From Anaerolineales bacterium (lineage in GTDB: Bacteria; Chloroflexota; Anaerolineae; Aggregatilineales; J027): DNA of 64,000 nt. A program made the translations under genes and the position numbers. Positions within the stretch are counted from its first letter, which is position 1, and every line of letters starts with the position of its first letter. Shown in pieces: positions 10,501-17,237 of the stretch. A model generated the notes under the pieces. That model was given only the letters and a program-made list of their open reading frames with translations, was not told the origin of the DNA and ran no database searches. The stretch lies in the NCBI GenBank assembly GCA_020634155.1, contig JACKCI010000001.1, positions 1,337,306 to 1,401,305 on the forward strand. Direction: 5' to 3'.

Positions 10501-11470
10501 AAACGAACCCCATCCACACGGGCGGGCAGCGGCCTATCGTGTGTTAGGACGCATTGGGGCCGACCAGCGGCGCGGCATCGGGGTGGGGGCCGATGGCTTG
10601 CCAGAGATAGATTGGGTGGAGATACCCGCAGGCAAGTTCACCTATGGCAGCGATAAGGCCAAAGACCCACAAGCCTATAGCGATGAGACACCCCAACGCA
10701 CGCTCCATCTGGAGACCTTCCACATGAGCCGCTACCCCATCACCTATGCTCAATATCAGGTTTTTGTGGAGGCGGCTGACGGCTTCAGTGACCCGCGCTG
10801 GTGGCAGGGGTTGGCTAAACGAGAAACCTCAGTCGGCGAACAAGCCTTCAAGGTTGCCAACCATCCACGAGAGGGCGTGAGTTGGTACGATGCGATGGCC
10901 TTCTGTCGGTGGTGGAGTTGGCGCTTGACGGTCGTCCATCGGGGCGGGTCACAGACCGCGCCCCTACCACCCAACGGTGATTTACCAACTCTGGCAGGGG
11001 TTGACTGGATGAACCCGCTGACATGGCGGGTGCGCCTGCCCACCGAATTTGAGTGGGAGAAGGCGGCCCGCGGGACGGATGGGCGCGTCTATCCATGGGG
11101 CGAGGACTATATCAGCGGCTATGCCAACATTAATGAAACAGGGGGTGGGGTTGGGCCATACTATCTGCGGCAAACAAGTGCAGTGGGCATGTACCCGCAC
11201 CGCGCCCCTGACCAGTCGCCCTATGGGGTAGCGGACTTGAGTGGCAACGTCTGGGAGTGGTGCCTGACCGAGTACGATGAACCCAGCAAAGACATAGATA
11301 TTACTAAGAGTTCGCCCCGTGTGGTGCGTGGCGGCTCGTGGCTCAGCGACCAAGACGATGCGCGGGCCGCCGTCCGCTACTTCGACGACCCGAACTACCG
11401 CGGCAGCGGCAGGGGGTTTCGGGTGGTGGCGTCTGCCCCTATTCTTGGTGCTCTGGTCTCTGGGGGGTGA
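7565..11470 (+). CDS. DGR target protein 1 (1301 aa): APH/kinase-like N-domain + STAND/NACHT-like P-loop NTPase + C-terminal FGE-sulfatase (C-type-lectin fold) domain carrying VR1
   Basis: RBS GAGAGGA lies about 9 nt upstream. The kinase-like region has GKSGAGVYLV, IHGDLHGGNII (HxDxxxxN catalytic-loop type) and LIDFARH. Walker A is VLLGEPGSGKTT and the Walker B-like motif is LLVLCDALNEM. FGE-sulfatase motifs are HPREGVSWYDAMAFCRW, RLPTEFEWEKAARG, GNVWEWC and RGGSW...RGFRVV. The last roughly 40 codons are VR1. Confidence 0.9.
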   Translation: MPEDKVKIPPDVRTSIDDPERLAAILKLSTRLNQIHMQRAIHEGKSGAGVYLVQLYFARTQDRERGLEGYAYLKVDTADIIKTELGKHESVRRGAMEPFVPEIIEDLHEPPNGRPPQAALFYAPAGKTTKSANSFAQLVKNGEVSNSDVQSIVQTLSSALTGWNPPDTCYKERIPMTAREWFLHLLNCGSDSGMRLSDIQRLDVCPTIDKPLMRFRELGWELPNPRAYALNTDLWRSATLHGPTGNIHGDLHGGNIICRTDSVGSLQLIDFARHQRDKAIFYDLAYLELDTILHVMRGADWDEWRQLLEHLAPPVSHDRPVPATVLLEKEPPKVLADRAWHFVQPVREVAQTYLNACTTPDLKTEFAQQWWLAAAAVGLVFAQRSSFANHPEQMQAYLYAAVCLERALTACQIDLPIQTDPAPCSLNATASTSAPTVKLHPLITDYGRDLAAALQEYGDFYVDMSGEQSPTILNPETPTSRRFDHIPRPHAHRIKVTAGLEMKDNPSEGAASSKPIANVRDALRQAGRIVLLGEPGSGKTTTLNRLALDYAHSLETNPNGLIPVVVPLSNYRGSSIEDFHAYVQQCLATPNLAAIIDRSRLLVLCDALNEMPRQDPRTLTSLQQALPAYPHVMVSCREKDFNNNDLDGAGRLEVVDIKPLTPPQMKAIIDQYLYRDATDGEWHGLAPATAHDLWEHELLGNDLLLAAWTEMADNDAAAAFWRNEDPPEPLLRDKDRYGGNWWRDLDKRDEMRRAMLGDKKGLMLLCRNPYMLSTLVIGLYVETGRIPNNRGALFNDFVDALITREIENAQKRQEPWPPQTDQRLIAALSNLAEAMQLKRNVTSLPKTEAMPFLGDALWPLAVQCSILQDLSDRVRFSHQLLQEYFASRKMGEDMDNAVPATKYWAADRWWERVGAEQTALILAGVRAAGDRQGLVEVVQWIATAQPELALDCVIEVDGEPPTLDLGLLDILAAAARAKQNEPHPHGRAAAYRVLGRIGADQRRGIGVGADGLPEIDWVEIPAGKFTYGSDKAKDPQAYSDETPQRTLHLETFHMSRYPITYAQYQVFVEAADGFSDPRWWQGLAKRETSVGEQAFKVANHPREGVSWYDAMAFCRWWSWRLTVVHRGGSQTAPLPPNGDLPTLAGVDWMNPLTWRVRLPTEFEWEKAARGTDGRVYPWGEDYISGYANINETGGGVGPYYLRQTSAVGMYPHRAPDQSPYGVADLSGNVWEWCLTEYDEPSKDIDITKSSPRVVRGGSWLSDQDDARAAVRYFDDPNYRGSGRGFRVVASAPILGALVSGG
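11313..11438 (+). repeat. DGR variable repeat VR1 (3' end of target 1)
   Basis: This 126-nt sequence is collinear with the reverse complement of 13127-13252. By manual alignment there are 16 mismatches, all at TR adenines. The 5' 29 nt and the 3' 28 nt (AGGGGGTTTCGGGTGGTGGCGTCTGCCC) are identical. Confidence 0.92.
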
Positions 11471-11480
11471 GCGAAGCGAA

Positions 11481-11501
11481 CCCCAAAAAAATTTTTTGGG
11501 G
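11481..11501. terminator. Perfect palindrome CCCCAAAAAA-A-TTTTTTGGGG between convergent target 1 and RT; candidate bidirectional terminator and/or DGR target-recognition hairpin
   Basis: Read directly from the sequence. It lies 42 nt after the VR1 end and 10 nt after the target-1 stop. A related A/T palindrome occurs in the same relative position after VR2. Confidence 0.5.
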
Positions 11502-11509
11502 GAGGGGTC

Positions 11510-12601
11510 CTAGGATTTTTTAGGCGGGCGGATGCGGAGGTTGCCCAATACATGCTCGCGCAGGCCCCACGTATCCGCATAGCGCACATGGTTAATCCAA
11601 CCTTGGACGCTGGCATCAAGTTCAGCAAAGCTGATACGCCCCTCGGCATAATCGCTGATACGGTCGGCAATGCGCTGCTGAAAATGCACCAGATTGCGGC
11701 GCTTAAGCAAGCGGTGGTGGGGATAGACCACAAAGCCCAGCCATGGAATGCCATGCTCAACGGGGATGACTTGGGCCTCAGTCTCATGGATGGTCAGGCG
11801 CAGATGGGCAAGGCGCTCGGTGAGGCGCTGCTTCCAACGATTCAGTTGGCGCTTGCTGTTGCTAAAGAGGGCGAAATCGTCCACATAGCGCAGGTAGGCG
11901 GAGCAGCCCAACTCGCGCACCACGAACCAATCCAAGGGGTTCATATACACATTCGACCAGAACTGCGAGGTCAGGTTGCCGATGGGTAGCCCTCGCGGAC
12001 GGTTGACCGCGAACAGGTCATCGCCCGCAAAATAGACCATGCGGTACTCGTCATCCAAGACACCCACCCCACTGGCGAGAATGCGCTCAATCAACCACAG
12101 GATGCGTGGGTCATCCAGCGCTTGGCCTAGGGTATCACGTAGCACGGCATGGTCAAGTGAGGGGAAGTGCTTGACAATATCGGCTCGCAGCACATAGGCA
12201 TAGGCGCGGCTAAAGGCTTGTAGGCGGTCAATGGCGCGGTGGGTGCCTTTGCCGATGCGGTTGGCATAGCTATCGGGGATGAAGCGCTGGTCGAAATAGG
12301 GTTCGATGATGTTGCACAGGGCATGATGCACCACACGGTCACGGAAGGGGGCCGCGCTGATTTTGCGCTGCTTGGGTTCATTGATATAGAAATGGGTATA
12401 GGGGCCGGGTTGGTAGGTCTGGGTGTGGAGGTCGTGCTGCAAAGCCGCTAACCGATCTGCAACCCGATGCTCGAAGTGGCTGGCGGGGTGTTGACCGCGC
12501 TTGCCCTTGGCGGCCCGTCGAAAGGCCAACCAGAGATTATCCCATGTAGTGATGGAGTCAAAAGATGGTGATTTTGAGTCGGACGTATGATTTGTTGGCA
12601 T
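11510..12601 (-). CDS. DGR-type reverse transcriptase
   Basis: Carries YVDDFALF (the YxDD catalytic motif) and [18 protein letters not shown] (the [I/L]GxxxSQ motif characteristic of DGR RTs). The N-terminus [17 protein letters not shown] is typical of the family. The ORF track starts at GTG 12655; I prefer ATG 12601 ([11 protein letters not shown]...). Either start overlaps the avd 5' end on the opposite strand. Confidence 0.92.
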   Translation of the reverse strand: MPTNHTSDSKSPSFDSITTWDNLWLAFRRAAKGKRGQHPASHFEHRVADRLAALQHDLHTQTYQPGPYTHFYINEPKQRKISAAPFRDRVVHHALCNIIEPYFDQRFIPDSYANRIGKGTHRAIDRLQAFSRAYAYVLRADIVKHFPSLDHAVLRDTLGQALDDPRILWLIERILASGVGVLDDEYRMVYFAGDDLFAVNRPRGLPIGNLTSQFWSNVYMNPLDWFVVRELGCSAYLRYVDDFALFSNSKRQLNRWKQRLTERLAHLRLTIHETEAQVIPVEHGIPWLGFVVYPHHRLLKRRNLVHFQQRIADRISDYAEGRISFAELDASVQGWINHVRYADTWGLREHVLGNLRIRPPKKS

Positions 12602-12894
12602 GGGTGCTACCCCGCACCGAAAAATTCCCGCGTTTGTATCGCAACACCATAACACGGCGCTTGCTGGATGCCTTGCTCGATTTTCAGGAACTGCTATATG
12701 AGGCCAATGCCGCCCAAGGCTCCAAACGGCTGACGTATCTGCGGCGGGCCGATGGTCATTTGGACAAGCTACGGCTCTATCTGCGCTTGGCCTTCGACTT
12801 GCAGTGGCTCACTAGCGGGCAATATGAGCATGTCAGCCGCATGGTCGAGGAGGTTGGGCGCTTGTTGGGTGGGTGGATTCGAGAGAGTAGCTAG
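12565..12894 (+). CDS. avd: Avd-like accessory variability determinant (four-helix-bundle / 23S rRNA-IVS protein family), 109 aa
   Basis: GGAG RBS about 7 nt upstream. The sequence is [33 protein letters not shown]...[40 protein letters not shown]. It matches the family pattern as I remember it: basic, all-helical and about 110 aa. It is encoded on the strand opposite to RT and TR. Confidence 0.85.
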   Translation: MVILSRTYDLLAWVLPRTEKFPRLYRNTITRRLLDALLDFQELLYEANAAQGSKRLTYLRRADGHLDKLRLYLRLAFDLQWLTSGQYEHVSRMVEEVGRLLGGWIRESS

Positions 12895-12896
12895 GC

Positions 12897-12934
12897 GGGT
12901 ACAGTGGGAGCGAATCCAGACTGTACCCAGTTTT
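12897..12934 (+). terminator. Candidate rho-independent terminator of avd
   Basis: GGGTACAGT (12897-12905) pairs with ACTGTACCC (12920-12928) across a 14-nt loop. It is followed by AGTTTTAT and begins 3 nt after the avd stop. Confidence 0.5.
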
Positions 12935-13126
12935 ATGTATGTGCCTGACGGCAACCCAAGGCCACCGTGCAGACCAGACACACCTGCGCTATTCTTCATC
13001 CTTCGCCGCATCCAGCAAACCGTAGTCGGCTGGCCCTATTGGAAGCGGTGACCCTATGGTGGGGGGCCGCTCGCACTGCCCATCGCCCGTAGGCAACAGG
13101 CCGCCTGAGAAGGCGCAGACGAACAT

Positions 13127-13252
13127 GGGCAGACGCCACCACCCGAAACCCCCTGTTGTTGTTGCGGTTGTTCGGGTTGTTGTTGTTGCGGACGGCGGCC
13201 CGCGCATTGTCTTGGTTGTTGTTCCACGAGCCGCCACGCACCACACGGGGCG
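13127..13252 (-). repeat. DGR template repeat (TR)
   Basis: Non-coding copy of the VR sequence. The minus strand reads ...TGG AAC AAC AAC CAA GAC AAT GCG CGG GCC GCC GTC CGC AAC AAC AAC AAC CCG AAC AAC CGC AAC AAC AAC AGG GGG... It has 30 adenines, 12 of its codons being AAC. Track ORF 12996-13244 (MVRGGSWNNNQDNARAAVRNNNNPNNRNNNRGFRVV) is just its translation. Confidence 0.92.
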
Positions 13253-13322
13253 TCTGGTCTCAGGGTGCCTGACGAATGGGTACCCACCCGTAAAAACCAG
13301 TATACCGCAAGACCCCATTTTT

Positions 13323-13338
13323 CAAAAAAAATTTTTTG
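13323..13338. promoter_or_regulatory. A/T palindrome CAAAAAAAATTTTTTG downstream of VR2 (counterpart of 11481-11501)
   Basis: Lies 12 nt after the target-2 stop on the minus strand. It is preceded by the same TGAGCGAAGCGA sequence found after target 1. Confidence 0.45.
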
Positions 13339-13350
13339 CGCTCGCTTCGC

Positions 13351-16300
13351 TCACGCCCCAGAGACCAGAGCACCAGAGGGTATAGGGGCAGACGCCACCA
13401 CCCGAAACCCCCTGAAGGTGAGGCGGTAGCTCGGGACGAGGTAGTGGCGGACGGCGGCCCGCGCATCGTCCCGGGCGCTGAGCCACGAGCCGCCACGCAC
13501 CACACGGGGCGAACTATTAGTAATATCTATGTCTTTATTGGGTTCACGGTACTCGGTCAGACACCATTCCCAGACGTTGCCGCTCAAGTCCGCTACCCCA
13601 TAGGGCGACTGGTCAGGGGCGCGGTGCGGGTACATGCCCACTGCACTCGTTTGACCGAGAGTGAATGGCCCCACTTTGGTACCACCAAAACGTGCTGTTT
13701 CGTCAATGTTGGCATAGCCGCTGATATACTCATTGCCCCACGGATAGACACGCCCATCCGTCCCGCGGGCCGCCTTCTCCCACTCAAACTCGGTGGGCAG
13801 GCGCACCAGCCATGTCAGCGGGTTCATCCAGTCAACCCCTGCCAGAGTTGGTAAATCACCGTTGGGTGGTAGGGGCGCGGTCTGTGACCCGCCCCGATGG
13901 ACGACCGTCAAGCGCCAACTCCACCATCGACAGAAGGCCATCGCGTCGTACCAACTCACGCGCTCGCGGGGGTGGTTGGCAACCTTGAAGGCTTGTTCGC
14001 CGACTTGGGATTGGTTACGGCGTCGGTCTTCATCATCCGCCAACCCCTGCCACCAGCGCGGGTCACTGAAGCCGTCAGCCGCCTCCACAAAGACCTGAAA
14101 TTGAGCATAGGTGATGGGGTAGCGGCTCATGTGGAAGGTTGAGAGTGGCTCATGGGTGCGGTCTTGATACGTCCATTTCCCGTCGTCGGGTATCTCCACC
14201 CAATCTATCTCTGGCAAGCCATCGGCCCCCACCCCGATGCCGCGTCGCTGGTCGGCCCCCACAAGCCCCAAGATGCGGTAGGCCGCCGCCCGTCCGTATG
14301 GGTGGGGTTCGGCGCTGTGGTGTCGTGCGCCTTCAATCAGCGCCTGCCGACCTGCTTCGGTCAAATCAGCCAGCGTCTTGCCCTCCCCATTGCGTAACAG
14401 CACACTCAGGGCCAGTTCGGGGGTGACGGGAGCCAGCCATGTCAAAACGCGGATGGGGTCGCGCACCAACTCGCCCAGAATCACGATGGTCTCACGCCAT
14501 GGCCCGGCCTCCCACCAATCCGGTGTAAAGAAAGGCGCAGGCGATTGCCCACCCTCTAGGGCGACCAACAACTCAGCCGTGGCGAAGTATTCTTGAAAGA
14601 GTTGGTGGCTAAATTGAAGGGTTGTCCCCAACTGGATGAGGTTGGCAGCTTCGGCGTCGCGCAAGAGGGCCTCAGCGCTGGCAGCATCTAGGCTGCTATC
14701 CACAGCTTGGGCCGCTTGCAGGGCCGCCGCACGGGTAATTTCGGTGCGTTGTTCGGTGCGTTGCACAGCAGCAGCAATCGCGGAAAGGACGGTCTCGATA
14801 CGGGCTTTGTGTTCAGGGGGCCATGGTTGCTGGCGTTTTTCTGCCAACTCCGCTTCATGATTCAGCAGCTTGGTGACAAAGCCGTTGAACAAACCCGCCC
14901 GATTGCCGGGCAAGGCCTGTTCGGGGGGCAAGCCCTTGTCGATAGCCCAGCGGAACAAGCCAATCACCAATTGCCCCAAGGTGAAGGGATTACGACACGC
15001 CAACAGCAGACGCCGCTTATCCTGATGGACACGCTGTCGGGCGTTGCGGTGCTGTCCATAGGCTTGGGGGTAGTCAATGCGCCATGCCTCGTTGGACTGG
15101 AGGCGTTGGGCAATTGCTGCGCGTTCATCTTCGGGAAAATAAAGCACCTTCACCGTATCGGGAATGGGGCAACTCGGCTGCCAGAAGTCGTCTTCGTGGT
15201 CTACAAAATAGTCCCATGCCGCGATTAGGTCGGCGCTCCCGTGCATCAATTGCCACAACTGCTCGCCCTGTTCGGGCAGGCGTTGGGTAATGATGCGATA
15301 GATTTGGGCCGGGGTCAGGTCACGCAATTGCAGCCGATCAAGGTGCGGGATGCTGCTCAACTCGTTGGTGTAGTCACGCACCCGACACGACACCACAAAG
15401 CGCTCGCAGCCTTGGATAAAGGCCAGCACTTCGGGCATCAGCTTGCGCTTGTCTGGCCCCGTGCGCGGCATCTCGTTCAGGGCGTCAAAGAGCCACACCA
15501 GCTTCAAATCGGCACGATAGGGTTGCAAGGCCCCTAGCTGCCCCTCGGCATATTCGCTGAAGCTGGTCTTCCCATCAAAGCCTGAAAGCTTCACAAAGAC
15601 GGGCAAGGGTGGGGCTTCCCCATCGGCCTTGGTAGCCTTGTCATCGGCATAGTCCAGCGTCAGGCGTTGCAGCAGGGTCGTCTTGCCGCTGCCCGGCTCA
15701 CCCAACAGCACCACCCGCTTCAACTTCATGAGGCGTTCCCGCACCTTGGGCACCCGCTCGCCTGCCTCCTGCGCTTTCTCGCTCATGGCGGGGATGGTGG
15801 CGGCAAATAAACTGCCGAATAAGTCCTCCAACTCATCGGGGGATGGCTCTAGTGCCCGCGTTGGGTGGTAGGGTTCGGGGCGTTGCTCCCCGCGCAGGTC
15901 AATGGTGGTCTTCAATTCATCGTGCATTTCCCGTAACAACCCCTCCCGATAGGCAGCAATGTCATCAGGACGCAGGGGGGCGCTGCCCGCTTGCCACTGC
16001 ACTTGATAAGGCAGCGTTTGGCTCGGCTCCAAGCCAATCTGTTGGAGTAGGTGGCGTAGCGCACTCGCCGCATACAGGAGCGTGACCTTGCGCTGTTGAG
16101 GGGTGGTGTTGTGGCTGCGGCGGGTAGCGATGGTTCCAGCCGCCACGACTGCCAACCAGAAGGCATTTTCGTACTGCTCGGCAATGCTCTCATCAAATGG
16201 TTGTAAGAACTGGGCGAGATACTGTCGGATAGGCTGAATGAGTTGCCACACCGAGGCGGGCTTGATGCCTTGAGGCAGGCCCGGTGGCACCACCCCTCGC

Positions 16301-17217
16301 GCCAGAAATTGCGTCAAGTGTACCCAATCATTCCAATCGGCCTCGGTTTCGGCCCCCAACGTCCGCAACATCACATCCAATTCGAGATAAGCCAAATCGA
16401 ACAACGGGAAGCCGTTTTCATCAAACTGCTGGAGGTCAATCAACCAAGGTGGGGTGTCGGCGGGCTGGTTGAGTGCATCGAGCTTGCACATCAGGTTATC
16501 AGCATGAAAATCGCCGTGCATCGGCCCCCGCGGGATGGTGAGCTTCTTGTCATGCCACAACGCGGCATTCAAAGCATAAGCAATTGGGTTGGGAAACGAG
16601 GCGGATAAATCGTGTCCGGGCCAAAAGCTGACGTTATCTTGCACATTAGGTGGCAAGCCCATCTCGCGGGCGCGGCTATTGATGTCGCGGGTGCGTTTTT
16701 TACCCCCGACGTTAATCATGGCCTGTAGTGCTTCATATATGGGTATTGACGCACGGCCTTGGCGTATATCGCGGGCATCATGCCAGCACTTCAGTACAGG
16801 GTCAAATGAATAAGTAATCTGCTTGGTACAGGAGCTAATCAGTTGATGCTCAATCAGCTTTGCCAACGAGGTGGCACTTTGGGTGCGGTGCTGCGCGGGT
16901 TGATAGAGCAACAGCGCATACTCCACCTCATCCTGCACAACCGGCCCAATCAATCCGCCAATAATCCCTGCTAAATACGACTTGATACACTCGTCAGTTG
17001 CGCGTTGTTGATTCCTCAGCGCCTTCTCCATCGCGTCTTTGGTGTCAATTTTAGCGAAGGCCAAGCCATCATATTGCCGTGAGGTCGAGCCTTGAATGTC
17101 TACCAGCACAACTTGTGCGCCCGAAAGCCCGCCCGCCATACGCTCCATGGGCGTAATCTTGCCATCTTGATAAGCCTCGAATAACTGTTGGACATAGCGC
17201 GGATACACCTCGCTCAT
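13351..17217 (-). CDS. DGR target protein 2 (1288 aa): same kinase-like + STAND/NACHT-like NTPase + FGE-sulfatase/CLec architecture, carrying VR2
   Basis: RBS GGGAGGA lies upstream. Motifs are MHGDFHADNLMC, WLIDLQQF, Walker A VVLLGEPGSGKTT and Walker B-like LVWLFDALNEM. The C-terminal roughly 300 aa are nearly identical to target 1 (for example VSWYDAMAFCRWWSWRLTVVHRGGSQTAPLPPNGDLPTLAGVDWMNPLTW). The N-terminal two-thirds are much more divergent. Confidence 0.9.
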   Translation of the reverse strand: MSEVYPRYVQQLFEAYQDGKITPMERMAGGLSGAQVVLVDIQGSTSRQYDGLAFAKIDTKDAMEKALRNQQRATDECIKSYLAGIIGGLIGPVVQDEVEYALLLYQPAQHRTQSATSLAKLIEHQLISSCTKQITYSFDPVLKCWHDARDIRQGRASIPIYEALQAMINVGGKKRTRDINSRAREMGLPPNVQDNVSFWPGHDLSASFPNPIAYALNAALWHDKKLTIPRGPMHGDFHADNLMCKLDALNQPADTPPWLIDLQQFDENGFPLFDLAYLELDVMLRTLGAETEADWNDWVHLTQFLARGVVPPGLPQGIKPASVWQLIQPIRQYLAQFLQPFDESIAEQYENAFWLAVVAAGTIATRRSHNTTPQQRKVTLLYAASALRHLLQQIGLEPSQTLPYQVQWQAGSAPLRPDDIAAYREGLLREMHDELKTTIDLRGEQRPEPYHPTRALEPSPDELEDLFGSLFAATIPAMSEKAQEAGERVPKVRERLMKLKRVVLLGEPGSGKTTLLQRLTLDYADDKATKADGEAPPLPVFVKLSGFDGKTSFSEYAEGQLGALQPYRADLKLVWLFDALNEMPRTGPDKRKLMPEVLAFIQGCERFVVSCRVRDYTNELSSIPHLDRLQLRDLTPAQIYRIITQRLPEQGEQLWQLMHGSADLIAAWDYFVDHEDDFWQPSCPIPDTVKVLYFPEDERAAIAQRLQSNEAWRIDYPQAYGQHRNARQRVHQDKRRLLLACRNPFTLGQLVIGLFRWAIDKGLPPEQALPGNRAGLFNGFVTKLLNHEAELAEKRQQPWPPEHKARIETVLSAIAAAVQRTEQRTEITRAAALQAAQAVDSSLDAASAEALLRDAEAANLIQLGTTLQFSHQLFQEYFATAELLVALEGGQSPAPFFTPDWWEAGPWRETIVILGELVRDPIRVLTWLAPVTPELALSVLLRNGEGKTLADLTEAGRQALIEGARHHSAEPHPYGRAAAYRILGLVGADQRRGIGVGADGLPEIDWVEIPDDGKWTYQDRTHEPLSTFHMSRYPITYAQFQVFVEAADGFSDPRWWQGLADDEDRRRNQSQVGEQAFKVANHPRERVSWYDAMAFCRWWSWRLTVVHRGGSQTAPLPPNGDLPTLAGVDWMNPLTWLVRLPTEFEWEKAARGTDGRVYPWGNEYISGYANIDETARFGGTKVGPFTLGQTSAVGMYPHRAPDQSPYGVADLSGNVWEWCLTEYREPNKDIDITNSSPRVVRGGSWLSARDDARAAVRHYLVPSYRLTFRGFRVVASAPIPSGALVSGA
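13386..13511 (-). repeat. DGR variable repeat VR2 (3' end of target 2)
   Basis: This 126-nt sequence is collinear with TR on the same strand. By manual alignment there are 21 mismatches, all at TR adenines, and the flanking blocks are invariant. Confidence 0.92.
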
Positions 17218-17237
17218 CAGACTTTATCCTCCCACCC

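Noticed and set aside
11510-12655. Whether the RT could be a retron, group II intron or Abi-type RT, and whether the GTG 12655 start of the track is the true start.
   Set aside because: It carries the [I/L]GxxxSQ motif, is flanked by TR/VR repeats with an A-only mismatch pattern and sits next to an Avd-like gene, so it is a DGR RT. There is no intron domain V/VI-like sequence and no msr/msd-like repeats. ATG 12601 gives a typical DGR RT N-terminus, but the start remains uncertain.
12996-13244. 82-aa Asn-rich ORF (MVRGGSWNNNQDNARAAVRNNNNPNNRNNNRGFRVV...) and the overlapping ORFs 12989-13318, 13054-13287 and 13056-13385.
   Set aside because: The region is the DGR template repeat and its flanks. 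The Asn run is the AAC-rich TR read in the VR frame. There is no RBS, and the sequence diverges into nonsense beyond the TR.
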